Below are positions 40,312 through 53,352 of a stretch of 64,000 nt of DNA, one piece after another (the first letter of the stretch is position 1; every line of letters begins with the position of its first letter). Both the position numbers and the translations under genes were made by a program. This DNA comes from Strigamia acuminata (taxonomy: Eukaryota), in NCBI GenBank assembly GCA_949358305.1, contig OX442314.1:17050001-17114000 (forward strand), written 5' to 3'. The notes below the pieces were generated by a model. The model was given only the letters and a program-made list of their open reading frames with translations, made no database searches and was not told where the DNA came from.

Positions 40312-42140
40312 AGCGTCATGCCTGCTCCTGCTTTAAAGTGAAAAATTATTGTATAAAATAATTTTCTCCGTTTTGTCGAACCGACAAGTTGAGTCCTGAG
40401 AAAGATGCCTGCATCTGTGGGCAACGTCGCGTTTCACTCCATAAATTAGATATACAAATGGTATGAAACCATTTTTGTTTAGTGGGTCATGCACTTTAGT
40501 TTTGTTTTCCATTTGAATTCCTACTAATACATAAGTGAAGTGAAAACGGAACTCGTGAGACAAATTTGCCCACATAACATATATTGATATGCACCACTGT
40601 CTATAGTGTTGACTTCATCAAATCACTCAACTCAAGTAACCATTAAGTTCAAATTCCAGCAAATGAATTCCGTCAAACTGTTATTTGCTACGTGTATATC
40701 ATTTCATCAACAAGTGAAGTCAGTGAGTCGTCATTTTTATTGCATCGCGAGTGATGCGAATCAATCGTTTGTTAAATGGTATCGACACAAAAAAAAAGTA
40801 AATGATGTATATTATTCAAGTGTACAACTCTTAAACTAATTAAGCAAAAACAAACCTTAGTGTGAGGATAGGACTATAAAAGCACGCGCCATTTGTAGAA
40901 AAAAATCGAAACGTTTTACTTTTAACCTATTGTAATTTTTGTTTTTATTTTAATTTTAATTTTTTTCTTTTTCGGTTGAAAGTTTGTTGTAAAATGATGA
41001 GGAGTTCGAATGTCCCTCTGTAATTTTTTTTTCTTCTGTTTTTGTTTTAAAAAACTTTTTAATGAAATTGCTGTTCATTTAGCTTGCAGGTTTTAATTTT
41101 TAATCGTCTGATTTACGAAATGTGTATATTTGTAAATACATTGTATCGTATTAGTGGTTTAGTCTAATCGATGATTGTATATTAACAAGCTGAAAAGATT
41201 TGCCACTGTGAGGTTTGTCTAAAACTACAGTAAAACGAAACATTTTTTTTTCCTTTTTAATAACTGCCGGATTTTTCAACTATTTGTATGTTCAATTGCG
41301 TGAGATGTCATGTCATTTGACATTCAATGTTTGTATTGGCATCTCATGATGACCACTTGGACCTGGGTTTCTCCCGCCCTCTTCTAATCCATTGAATCAT
41401 ACTGGCTTTACATATTACAGAATGTCACATTTTCTTGTATTTACTTTTCAGTAACTGTTTTTTCAATGTTTGCTCAAAAGCAAAAACAACGTGATGATGA
41501 TGATGATGATGATAATGATGAAAAAAATAATGGTAATATTATATTTTCCACTTGTTTCATTGTGGCTCCAACGGCTCTATTTTTGATGTGAGAATTGGAC
41601 GTCTATTTTGTCTTTTTCCACAGTCTTCAGTTGTAAATATTCAAAGTCGAAGAAAACAAAAACGCCTAACCTTCATCTGAATTCGGTTAAATTAAGTTAT
41701 TGATTGTAAACAAATAAATTGATAATAGTTTTATTTTATAGTCTCACTTTTGATATTTTTTTAAAGCATTTATTTTTTACGACTTTTTTAAACTACGTAG
41801 TTTGGTTGCATCATTTCAATTTTTTTTTTAAAAAATACATCTCTCTTAGCCACGGTTGTTGACTATTGAGCGACACAGTTTGTGCCTTGAGTAAACCGAT
41901 ACGAAAGAAAAACCTCTCTTGTTCAAGGTCTGTACTTGGCTTTTGTTGTGGTTTTTCCTGGCGACGCTGGCGACGGTCGAAATTCAGGTCAAAGTATAAT
42001 CGCGTTTTAGCGATTGCAAGATGGACGCCTCAATAGCAATAACCATATACCGGTACATGAAATTTATACTTTACTTGGATTTTCATGAAAGCTTTTTGTA
42101 ATCGTTGGCTATGCGACGATATATTCATCATCAAATTTAA

Positions 42141-45100
42141 ATGCGGAGACACTGTGATAATGATGATGGGGATAACGGCTGGAAGGAATTGGTAAATTAT
42201 TGAGTGTTTTTTATTTGAAACCCTAATTTTTTTTAAAGAATTATCCATTATATTCTTTATGTGTACGGAATAATTTTACAACCGTGTTTTCAATTAGGGT
42301 GGCTACATGCATGCCAAGATACAAAAATTACAAAATCAATACAAAGCGCAGGAGCCCAAATTAGACAACAACGAAAAGGTAACTGAGATCTTTAAAGGCG
42401 TCGCAATCTACGTAAATGGATTAACTGGTAAGGATAAAACACGAGAGTTTAGTGATGTACGGTACAAATTTTATACTTCTAGAACCATCTGCTGATGAAT
42501 TGCGGCGTCTAATGACCGTCCACGGAGGAGTGTATCACGATTACCAGACACATGCTACGACTCACGTTATTGCCACTAATTTGGCGAATTCAAAAATCAA
42601 GAACTTTTCAAAACGAAATACGGTTGTTACTCCTAAATGGATTGTAGACAGGTAATAAAAAAGTAATTCTTTTAGAAAAATTAGGGTAATTGAAGTTTAA
42701 ATTATTATTGATGTAAGTATTGCAGCTGGCAAACTTTTACCACATTTGCCGTATTTATTATACTCTCAAGCTTACAAAAATCAGCACACCATCAACTTTA
42801 ACACGAATTTAAAAACTGAAACTGCTGCGTCAAAGCAAACTGCCATTGATGCAAAAGATTCTCGGTTTTTATCAGAGTTTTACGACCATTCTCGCCTGCA
42901 TCTTATATCAACTTTGGCTGCAGAACTCAAGCGCCATGTAGGGATTTTGCGCAATCAATTAGATGGATCTTTCAAAGGATACGAACGAATTGATGAATGG
43001 CGAGCCAATTTGGCTGGGAATGGTTTACAAAATGTCGAAAACGGTTCTGTGGTGATGCACATAGACATGGATTGCTTTTTCGTGTCTGTTGGTCTTCGTA
43101 CACGACCCGAATTAATTGGTATATAAATATACATAAAATTACATAAATATGACAAGAATGTATGTTAATTAGTTTCAAAATTATTAGGAAAGCCCGTAGC
43201 TGTAACGCATTCTCGAGGTGTCGGCCCGTCTACGAATAAAAATTCGGAAGTGAGGAAATACGAAAAGGAATATTACCGGCAAAACCGAATGATTAGTTCC
43301 AAGCATAGTTTGCCAAAACAAATTGTTGGTCAGAATGAAAATAATGAAGAAGATAATGGGTGCGATACGAGTATTGAAAAAGAAAACGACACATTTTTAT
43401 CGTGCTCAGAAGTAGCGTCGTGCAGTTACGAAGCAAGGAAATGTGGGATTCGCAACGGAATGTTTTTAGGTGAAGCTAAGTCACTTTGCCCTGATCTTCA
43501 CTTGATTCCTTACGACTTCAATGGGTATCGTGAAGTAGCGTACACATTATACAACACGGTAGCTAGGTAAACATTATTTTCATGGTTTTGGATTAAATAA
43601 ATAAATAAATAAAAAAGTCAAACGTTTTTTTTACAGCTACACACTGAACATCGAAGCTGTGAGTTGTGACGAGTTGTACGTAGATTGCACAGAACTGTTA
43701 AAGGATGTTCAAATCTCTCCGCTAGCGTTTGCTGAAATACTACGTACCGAAATTAAAGAAAAAACTGGTTGCTCTAGTTCAACTGGTTTAGCACCTAATA
43801 TGCTTTTGGCTAGACTCGCTACTCGCAAAGCAAAACCAAATGGACAATTTTATTTAGAAAGGGATCAAATTCAGTCGTTTATAGCTGAGCAGTCAGTCGG
43901 TGACATTCCAGGTGATTATGGTCACACTTTATAAATTTTTTTAAATGTAATTTTTGTGAATTTGTGTTTTAGGTGTTGGATGGTCTCTTAGTAGTCGCTT
44001 AAATGCTATAGGAATAAAGTTGTGCAGTGACTTACAAAAAATCTCACTTTTAACTCTACAATCTGAATTTGGAGTTAAGACCGGACAGATGTTATACGAA
44101 ATGTGTCGAGGGATTGACGGGCGACAAATTAAAAGTGACCAAACTCGAAAGTCAGTATCTGCTGATATCAATTATGGAATTCGTTTTACACAGGTGGGCT
44201 ATTCAACATATGAAAGTGTACACATTTTATAAGTAATTTTCTTCAGGTGGAAGAGGCCAATAAATTTTTAAACGAATTGTCTGAAGAAGTTGCAAAACGC
44301 TTAATTGAGGTGGGAAAAGTAGGAAAAACAATCACATTAAAATTAAAGGTAGTTTTTTTTTTGTAAGTAAATGTTTGAAACGTTCGTAAATTGTTGATAA
44401 TTTGACAGGTCAGGAAAAAAGGTGCTCCGATGGAATCTTCAAAATTCTTGGGTCACGGAATTTGCGACAGTACATCACGAAGTGTGTCGTTAAAATCGGC
44501 GACTAATGATCCAAAATTAATAGCCCGTCAAGTGCAAACTTTACTTCTTAGTTTTAAAATTCGTGTGTCGGATTTAAGAGGGGTAATTAGATAATAATGG
44601 ATAGCCGAGCTTTAATCAAATAATTTGATTCCAGATCGGAATTCAAGTGCAGCGATTGGAACCAGCGAGCACCAATTCTACAAACTTGCTCAAGTATTTG
44701 CATCAGCCTGAAACTGAAAAAATAAATGCTTTTCAAAGCGTGGGAACAGAAACTAAAAAAATCAGTTCTTTACCACCACCATCGGAAGTAGATCTTGAAT
44801 TTCTTTCTGAGTTACCCGAAGAATTACGTGCACAGATCTGTAACGTGTATGAAGAACAAGGATTGAAACTTGATGCATTGCCAGAACCGAAACTAACATT
44901 AAACTTAATGAATTCTTTAAATCAAATTGAAACGGTATTTTAATTAAACTGATTATTTTAAAGTGTACGGTATACTATATGAACAAATAATTTGTTTTTC
45001 TCATTAAGGCACCGGTTCCATCTGAAAAAGATGATGCCTACCAAAACCAAAGCGAAAAAGTTAGTTTATGCAAAGTTACACATGTAGAGGATGTTAAGAA

Positions 45101-45685
45101 ACTTATAACTGAGTGGACTGCAACTTGCTCAAGTAATTTTTAATTATGATACGGTGTAAAATAATTTGTAATGTAACATCTCATATTTAGATCCTGGTGC
45201 TGAAGATACACAGACAATTTCTATTTACTTAAAAGAACTTGTGACTGACAAAAATTTAGAACGAGTTTACACAATTCTAAAACTTTTGCGAAGGTAATTA
45301 TTTACGCATATACTATATTACAATGTGTATGGATAACTCGTACAACAAATCTTAAAGCTTAAATGAGCACAGTTTGGCCTGTGTAATAACGTGATCTGTT
45401 TAAGCGATCAAATGACAGGTCGACACCTGACCTTATTGAGTTGAGGCAGCCTGTATTATGAAAAAAAGATTGGAGTAAAGCATTATCCATACATGTTAGA
45501 AAAAAAAGTGAAAAAAGTGAAAACGCTTTCTATTTTTCTTTGAATTTAATCGTTTAATATTTCTATTTTTTACTAGGTTAGTTTTAAAAAATAGCAATAA
45601 TGCTTGGATGACTGCTTTTCAAACAATTCTATCTGAAGTGCAATCATTTATGATTTCCGTGTATGGAGCCCCATTAAAGTTTTAA
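42141..45685 (+). CDS. REV1: DNA repair protein REV1 (Y-family deoxycytidyl transferase), multi-exon
   Basis: GGYMHAKIQKL, BRCT (IFKGVAIYVNGLT..PKWIVD), FYDHSRLHLIS, MHIDMDCFFVSV, ASCSYEARK, SCDE catalytic motif, one UBM-like LSELPEELRAQI, and a CTD ending YGAPLKF. Confidence 0.95.
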
Positions 45686-45856
45686 CACATTTAAAAGATT
45701 ATTTGTACTTTTAAAAAAAATAAACATTTATTATATCTGCTTTATTTGTGACTCAATACGTAATGCACGTCATCTTTCAAAGTCCCGAAGGGAGGGTATA
45801 TACATCATTTTATAATCTATACGGAGTTTATTCTTTTCTGTATATGTTATATGTGT

Positions 45857-46395
45857 ACATCAATTTATTTCTGATGCAATATAATGAGTAATCACAAAAT
45901 TTGATTTAAAAAAATGAACACACCAGTTTTCGTGTTGCTTGGTCTATCTAATCACGTGATCCGTTTAAGCCATCGAATGACAGGTGGACACCAAATGACC
46001 TTGTCAACATTCTTGAGTAGGGGAAGCCTGTGTCGTGAAAAAGAGGCTACGGATTTGAACATTCCTTATGCATTGATGTTAAAAGAAATGGGGAATCGTT
46101 TTCTATTTGTCTTCAATTTTTTGTTGATGTTTTATTTTCAATTTAATTAGGGAAGTTTTAAAAATAGCAATTGTGCAAGGATGTTATTTGACTGTTTTTC
46201 TAACAATTCTTTCTGAAGCGCAATCATTTGTGATTTGCATGTATGGACCCCCATTAAAATTGTTCCACATTAAGAAAAAAAGATTATAATATTTGTACTT
46301 TTAATAAAAATAAACATTTGTTATTTCTGCTTTATCTGTGACTCCAAAACGCATTTGTGCAATCACATGTTTTGGATGACGTAATCCACGTCATA
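45857..46395 (+). repeat. Diverged tandem duplicate of the REV1 last intron, terminal exon and 3' UTR (source about 45320-45775)
   Basis: Colinear similarity, e.g. ACGTGATC.GTTTAAGC.ATC.AATGACAGGT.GACACC, ACAATTCT.TCTGAAG.GCAATCATTT.TGATTT, ATTTGTACTTTTAA...AAATAAACATTT.TTAT.TCTGCTTTAT.TGTGACTC. Confidence 0.9.
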
Positions 46396-46678
46396 TCTCT
46401 CGAGCTCGCGTGTGTCACTACGCAGAATAAATGATTAAAAATGTGTTATTTGTTCTGTTCGTTTAGGGTAATTTTGTCGCATGATGTTATTGTAAAATAA
46501 TCTCTAAAGATCTAAATTCAATACGGATAATTTAGTTTAAAACACTCAAACCGATTTATGGAATTAGAAAACTAAAGGATCTACTTTATTCGGCGTAAGA
46601 AAATAGATTTGGTTTGTATTGTCCGGCTGTTTACTAACAAGAACGTACTTCACAAGGATTTTGGAATTTTGTAATTGA

Positions 46679-47316
<638 letters not shown>

Positions 47317-47779
47317 AATTCGTCGGAACTATTTTAGTTAGTAGTTCTTTGAGCTTACTATACAGTTAATTAATTTCTAATGAGCAGTAAATATTTAACA
47401 AACGGGCAAATCTGTTTTATTATGTTTGTGACTCTAGTATTATTGATGAAAGCACCGTGAGTCGGTTTCTAATTTAATGCTGTAAAATGCAAAGTTTGTA
47501 ATCCCACCCCGTACTTTTTTCTTTTCCGTATTTGCAGCTGTGTTGCAGTGTTTTCTAGATGTTTCTAAAACCCTTTAAAAATTTCGTCGATAGCTACTTT
47601 GTAATAGCACGTTTACCCCCAAAATTCAAATAAATTTTGCCCACACGAAACGAACGAATGCTTTTGATTTTTCTTTTATTCAAATTTTAGTTAACTAGTA
47701 CACCATTTATTTATTGATTTATAAAGTTGCAAATGTATCGGGGTTATTTTAAATGTAAGCACTGGGCTAGTTTATGCTT

Positions 47780-50754
47780 TTACAATTCCGTTGTCATGCG
47801 AGAAGTGAGCTGTTGCACGCGTTTTGCATTGCAGCTTTTGCACAAAATATGATCGTCCAGAGGATAACATCCTCTGCCTTCTGCTTCGGACGATAGAACC
47901 AAGCCACAATCCTGCCGAAATCATTTGTGTAAACCGTTACATGTAATAAAACAAAACGATCAATCTGTATACCTCGCATTTGTAGCAATTGATGTGAAAA
48001 CTCTTATCCAGAGCGACTACGCGTACAGTTTCATCTTGACCAGGTTCAGGCATTATAGGCTGCTTACAGACGCAGCAACGAGGAGCGAATTTTCTGACGA
48101 ACGAGATCAAATGATAAATATCGAGTTTAAACTATTTCGTAACCAAACTACTTATGGAAATCGTCGATGCAGTGAATTTGATTCGTGGCATCAACCGTAA
48201 AAGGAATTCCATCCAAACTTTTTCCACATACTACGCACGTAAAACACTTAGGATGGTATGGTTTTCCAGTCGCCCGCAAAATCTGGGGGAAGAAAAATAA
48301 AACGAATTCAAATTTATTTTTTAAATAAATATAAATGTAGGTCAAGGAAAACTCAACTCTATCCAGGATTGGTTGGCCGCACACCGAACACTTTTCCAAT
48401 GTATTCTATGGAGGAAAAATTGATTGATCAACGATTGAACGAGTTCATAACACACATGTAATCCTACCAAGTAATCTTCTTCACAATACGGTTTGCCATC
48501 CATGGCGTAAAATGGTTTACCCTGAAGTCTTATCACTAAATTAATTAATTCAATTAATTAAAATATTCTTTTTTGCCTTTTAAAATGCTTACAGCAAACG
48601 CAGCATGTAAAACAATCAATATGATAAATTTGGTCCATTGCGGTGCATCCAGTTCCTTCGCCCAACACTTTTTCACCACATTTGGTACACATTCCTAAAA
48701 AAATATATAAATTATATCAATTAAAAAATTGTTGTAAGCCAAAGGAAGATTTATTACTTAAAACTAACCTTCTACTATTATTAGATGCATTTAAAACACA
48801 ATGAAATGTAAGATTTCGTTAGTATTTTTAATTTGAACACACACAAGACATTTCTATTTCTAGTTACCAAAGAAATCTGGATCACTGCTACTATCCAAAT
48901 TCTGAACCAGTAAATCGGTAAGAGCGTCCACTTCGGCCTCTTTGCCACTCACTCCTTAGAAAATAAAAGCAATCGTCAAAATTTGAGTTTTATCTCGCGC
49001 CAAATGATTGAGCACCTTTTGAATTGGATCGTGTTAACGGTTGTGGCGCAGGGACGAGTCCGCTACGTCGGCTCGTGTATGGAGCGTAGACGGAACTGCC
49101 GGTACTGTAAGCAGATCGATTGGACAGTTGGCTCTGAGGACGGGGATTGATCGGCTCATAAATTGATTCGTAAGTAGAACTCTGAAATAATTCAAAAATT
49201 AAATTGAAATACTTTGTGCGAGACATTTAATTGTACCTGCGATGAAACGGGGCCATAGGTTGCGTAATTTTGAGCATTTGCTCGACGCAATTCGGAATAT
49301 GATGAGCTCACGGGCGAGGGTGGCGGCGGCAATTCCTCGGGTGGAGGTGGTGGAAAATTGTGATTTGTCGGTGGCGAATACGAGGCGGGTTCGGGCGGCG
49401 GTGGAGGTGGCAGATCGTCATCTGGTGCTGATGGAGCGTAACCCATGTAGGATGTAAAACCTGAAAGACAAGAATATGAATTAAAATGGGTGTGGATGCA
49501 ACCATAAACAAATTCCGTATAAGGTTTCGATGGAAATGAAATTGAAACGAAACGAAACGAAATGAAATTGTGAAGCACCTGGATCAATTTGAACTAAATT
49601 TGGCTTTTTCTTTGCACTTGCTTTGATTCTCTTCCAACGGGCCAGATTCGTAAACGGTTCCATGTTTGAAAATAAGTTAACTTTAAATTGTAATTTCAAA
49701 GCAGCAACTAACAAGGTTGAGTTCACTCAACTCGTTATGGGGTGCAATGTGGTTAAAACTTGTCGTGGACCGAGTCCAATTGGATACTTACCATTTTCAT
49801 AAGAAAACAGTAGGCACAGTCAACTCATGCTGTCTGTATTTTATTTTACCTGCAGCTTTTTTCTGCTTCCACTTCTCTATGTTGCTCATTATTGAACGTG
49901 GTGCGGTTAGGCTTAATGCTTAAACCAGATACAGTTACGGCCGTTTACTCCTTTCAATCTCTCAAATCCAAACTTAGAGCTAACGAAGGATTTCTTTTTC
50001 TGAACAGCGCATTTCCAAATTAAGCTCAGATTGAAGTCGGAAAGAGATTTAATACATAGTGAGAAAAGGGAGGAGAGGAGAGGAGAGGTACATCCCTTCC
50101 GCCAGCATCTCTTATCTGGCTGGCAGTGAGAGGAGAGGAGAAACACGGCTCGATCCATTAACACCAGCGAGGGTACTGGCGGGTGGTTAAATGAGCCTCG
50201 TGCATTGATGTGGGCGAATGATTGACAAAATCCAGTGCCAAACATATTTCATTTCGTACGCGCACACACTTCACACACTACACTATTTTAAATAGAAAAT
50301 TAAGAAACAACGTACTGTTGTAGTTGGCGTAATTAGAAGCGTCGCTGTAATTACTCATGTTGCTATAATTAGATGAATTACTGTAATTAGAAGAGTCGCT
50401 GTAATTTGCTACGTTGCTGTAGTTGGACGAATTGCTGTAGTTGGACGGATGGTTGTAGTTATCCCCGTTGGCGCCGTGGTAAATATTGTCGACCGGCGAG
50501 TTGTACGCGATGTACGGTTGCGGTAATGGTGGCGGGGGCGGGGGCGGAGGTCCCCCGGGTGCGTTCCCTGAACTAACAACTTGCTGCGACGTTTGCACCG
50601 GTGTTTGCGGCTCCGCTTTCTGAGGCTTCTTTGGTTTAGGCGGCACCACAGGTGCAATTTTTTTCCCTATCGTGGGCGAATATTGCTTCGGAGCAAAATG
50701 GGCGATGTTTAGATTCGCCAGGTTTTTCTCCAGTTTGTCGTGTTGGGTTGTCAT
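47780..50754 (-). CDS. LPP: Zyxin/LPP-family LIM protein: Pro-rich N-terminus, 3 LIM domains, C-terminal TTEL PDZ-binding motif
   Basis: [23 protein letters not shown], three LIM domains (CTKCGEKV..; [27 protein letters not shown]..; [32 protein letters not shown]), ending SRMTTEL. Confidence 0.88.
50320..50462 (-). repeat. 18-nt coding tandem repeat (NYS[ND]xS) in LPP exon 1
   Basis: [48 protein letters not shown]. Confidence 0.85.
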
Positions 50755-53352
50755 GTTGATATATCTAGCAATAAACAGAAACGAATGAAACTGTGTGGTC
50801 AAACTAGATGAAAATAAGGTGAAGAGTAAATGTTGACACCGATTTTAGCACATAATGACCTACTGACACGATCTATCAGCGGCCTAGACTTTGTTTTAAA
50901 CGGGTTACACGCAATTGCTGACTGAGTGAAATGATAAACCGGCATTACTCATTTTCCTGCGATGTTGATGACACACCTACTTGAGTTTCTTGCAAAATAT
51001 ATTAACGTCAGATTTTCTGTGCTGAGCTAACACATTCAACTCGAATGTTTTCTCACCACAGGGTTCAACAGGTGTGTCTTCGAACTTATTAAAATGTAAC
51101 GTGTGAATCTTAACTCTTAAGTGAGTTGTTAAAGTTAAACAAAACTACGCCATTATTAGGTGGTCAATTTTCTTTACCTTATTTGAAACTTGGGTGTTCC
51201 AGTTGGGCGAATCGGGAGAATTGCACCACACACAACTTGCGAAATTCCGTTGAGACTGAAGTATGGTGGAAGGAAGGGAGGTTGAGGGGGAGGCAGGGTC
51301 AGGAGGACAGGTAGTAAGAAAATGTGAATCGTCATACCAATCACATTCCGAGTTTTTGAGGGGCAAACTTCTCAATTTCATTGTTGTTTTTGTAATGGGG
51401 ATTGAAATTCGAAACAATTGGGATTTATTTTCACTGCGACCAATTGACGAGGAAGCAGTTGACCTTTTATCGGTTTTATAAAAAAAATTTATTGTAAAAT
51501 ATTGGTTAATCGGTAATTTAAATATTGTAAATTACACTTCGAAGGAAACCTGATTTTTACCATCGGTTTTAAAATAAAAATTGGATTTTTTGTTGGTATA
51601 ATATTTCTTTGAAAAAATAGTTTGGGTTTTGGTTTCCTTCCCTTTTGGTCACATGGGAGAATTTTTCTTGGTATGGTATGTGAAAGAGGTTGAGTTTTGT
51701 TGTTTTAAATTTGCACCAAGAAAATATTTGAACTTAAACTAGTTCAGTTGAATACATTTTACACAAAGAAAAGGCGTGCTGGTAATTTTACAACAATCTT
51801 GATAAGATCAAAGTGTTACTTCATAACTTTCAACTTTGTGCAAAGCGCCTTTAAATTTATTTATTTTTATCTGTTGCAGATTATTTACAGCAGATGGCAA
51901 CTTGCAGCAGGCAGTATCCTGAGACAGTACATCCCAAGGTACATCCACATTTCAAATCGATGCTCAAAGATGTAGTTGTAGATGTGAAAGTCACTTGGTT
52001 TTTATTAGGTTATGCAGTATGCATATTTTAGAGCAGAGCGGTTAGCTGATTACGTAGTTGATATTGAATTTGTTTTTTAATTTTTACTGTTAATTTTTAT
52101 TATGACCGTAATTTTTCAGTTGTTCTACACCTTGCATAAATATTAAATATGCTGAACGTTAATTCACACTTGCTTCCTCCATAATTCTTATTTCGGTTTG
52201 ATTTTCTCATTGAAAGATTGTATAAGAATTTCCTTTTTTATGATATCTAATTATTACAATTAACCTGAATTAAAATCAGGAGCAAGACATGGAAAACAAA
52301 TGCAAAATGTAAATTAAATTGAGTACCGGTATTCATCCAGTTTAGTTTTATGTACACGGTACTACCACGAAGTATAAAATAAGTATTTAAAATGTTCTTT
52401 ACAACTTTTTTCTTCTTTGTTTAAAAAAATTGGCAGCATGACAGCATTGAATTTATGTTTCTGAACTGTTGTTTAAATTAATTTAAATTTTTCCTTAAAA
52501 AAACAAAAACGGTATTCCCGCCTGCGTGTTTTGACAGTCCTTGCCCCTGCCTGATGGCCTCGAACATTTTTTCAAAAGTAAACGACCATGGTTTTTTTTT
52601 GGCCTCGTTGATTTTCTTGTCCCTGGCCCGTAAAACGTCGTATTACCCTGCTAGTGTGTCCGAACATGTATACGTTCTAAAAATATACTATTAAGTCAAA
52701 TATCACTGTTGCTTCAACGTTAGAAAGGGTTTGTGTCTTCATTAAGCAAAACTTGCACAAAATTAAAAGTAATAAATATAAAATGGATTAGTCGGTGCTA
52801 AAATAACATAATATGGAACCTAATAAACGAAGCAATTACTGTTCCAATCAATCAAATTACGTTCCTTGGGAAAAAGTAATTACGTGCGGCTCTCATGAAA
52901 TTACATACCAGTACAGTACGTATCTGATTAGAAAGACAAGTGGAAAATCAGACATTTCTTAAAATTGGTAAATTCCGTGCTCCATAATGCTAAAGTGTTG
53001 TATTCCGGTTTAAAAAATTCGTAAAATACACAATTCGCATGCTTAATATACGAAAAAAATATGAAAATTTGAAAGCAACGAGTTTAAATAAAATTTTTCA
53101 AAAACATGAAAATACATGAACAATCACTCGCATCAAAATAAAATGCAAAAGTGAAAAAATAAAAAAAATAAAAAATGCTGCATCGTGAAGAAAACTCTTT
53201 CCTATAGAAATCGATGGACTAAATTGCTCAAATTTGCTTCGCGGTGCTGCCACCTCATGAAAACATGCTACAACCGAAAAACATAAACAATAACGCTTTA
53301 GGAAGATTAAAGTTTGAAACCAATGTACTTTGTATGAAACTACGTATGTAAA

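Noticed and set aside
52505..52670. Degenerate internal repeats (AAAACG..TATT.CC..CTGC, GGCCTCG)
   Set aside because: No TIR, TSD or ORF; possibly a decayed repeat but unsupported.
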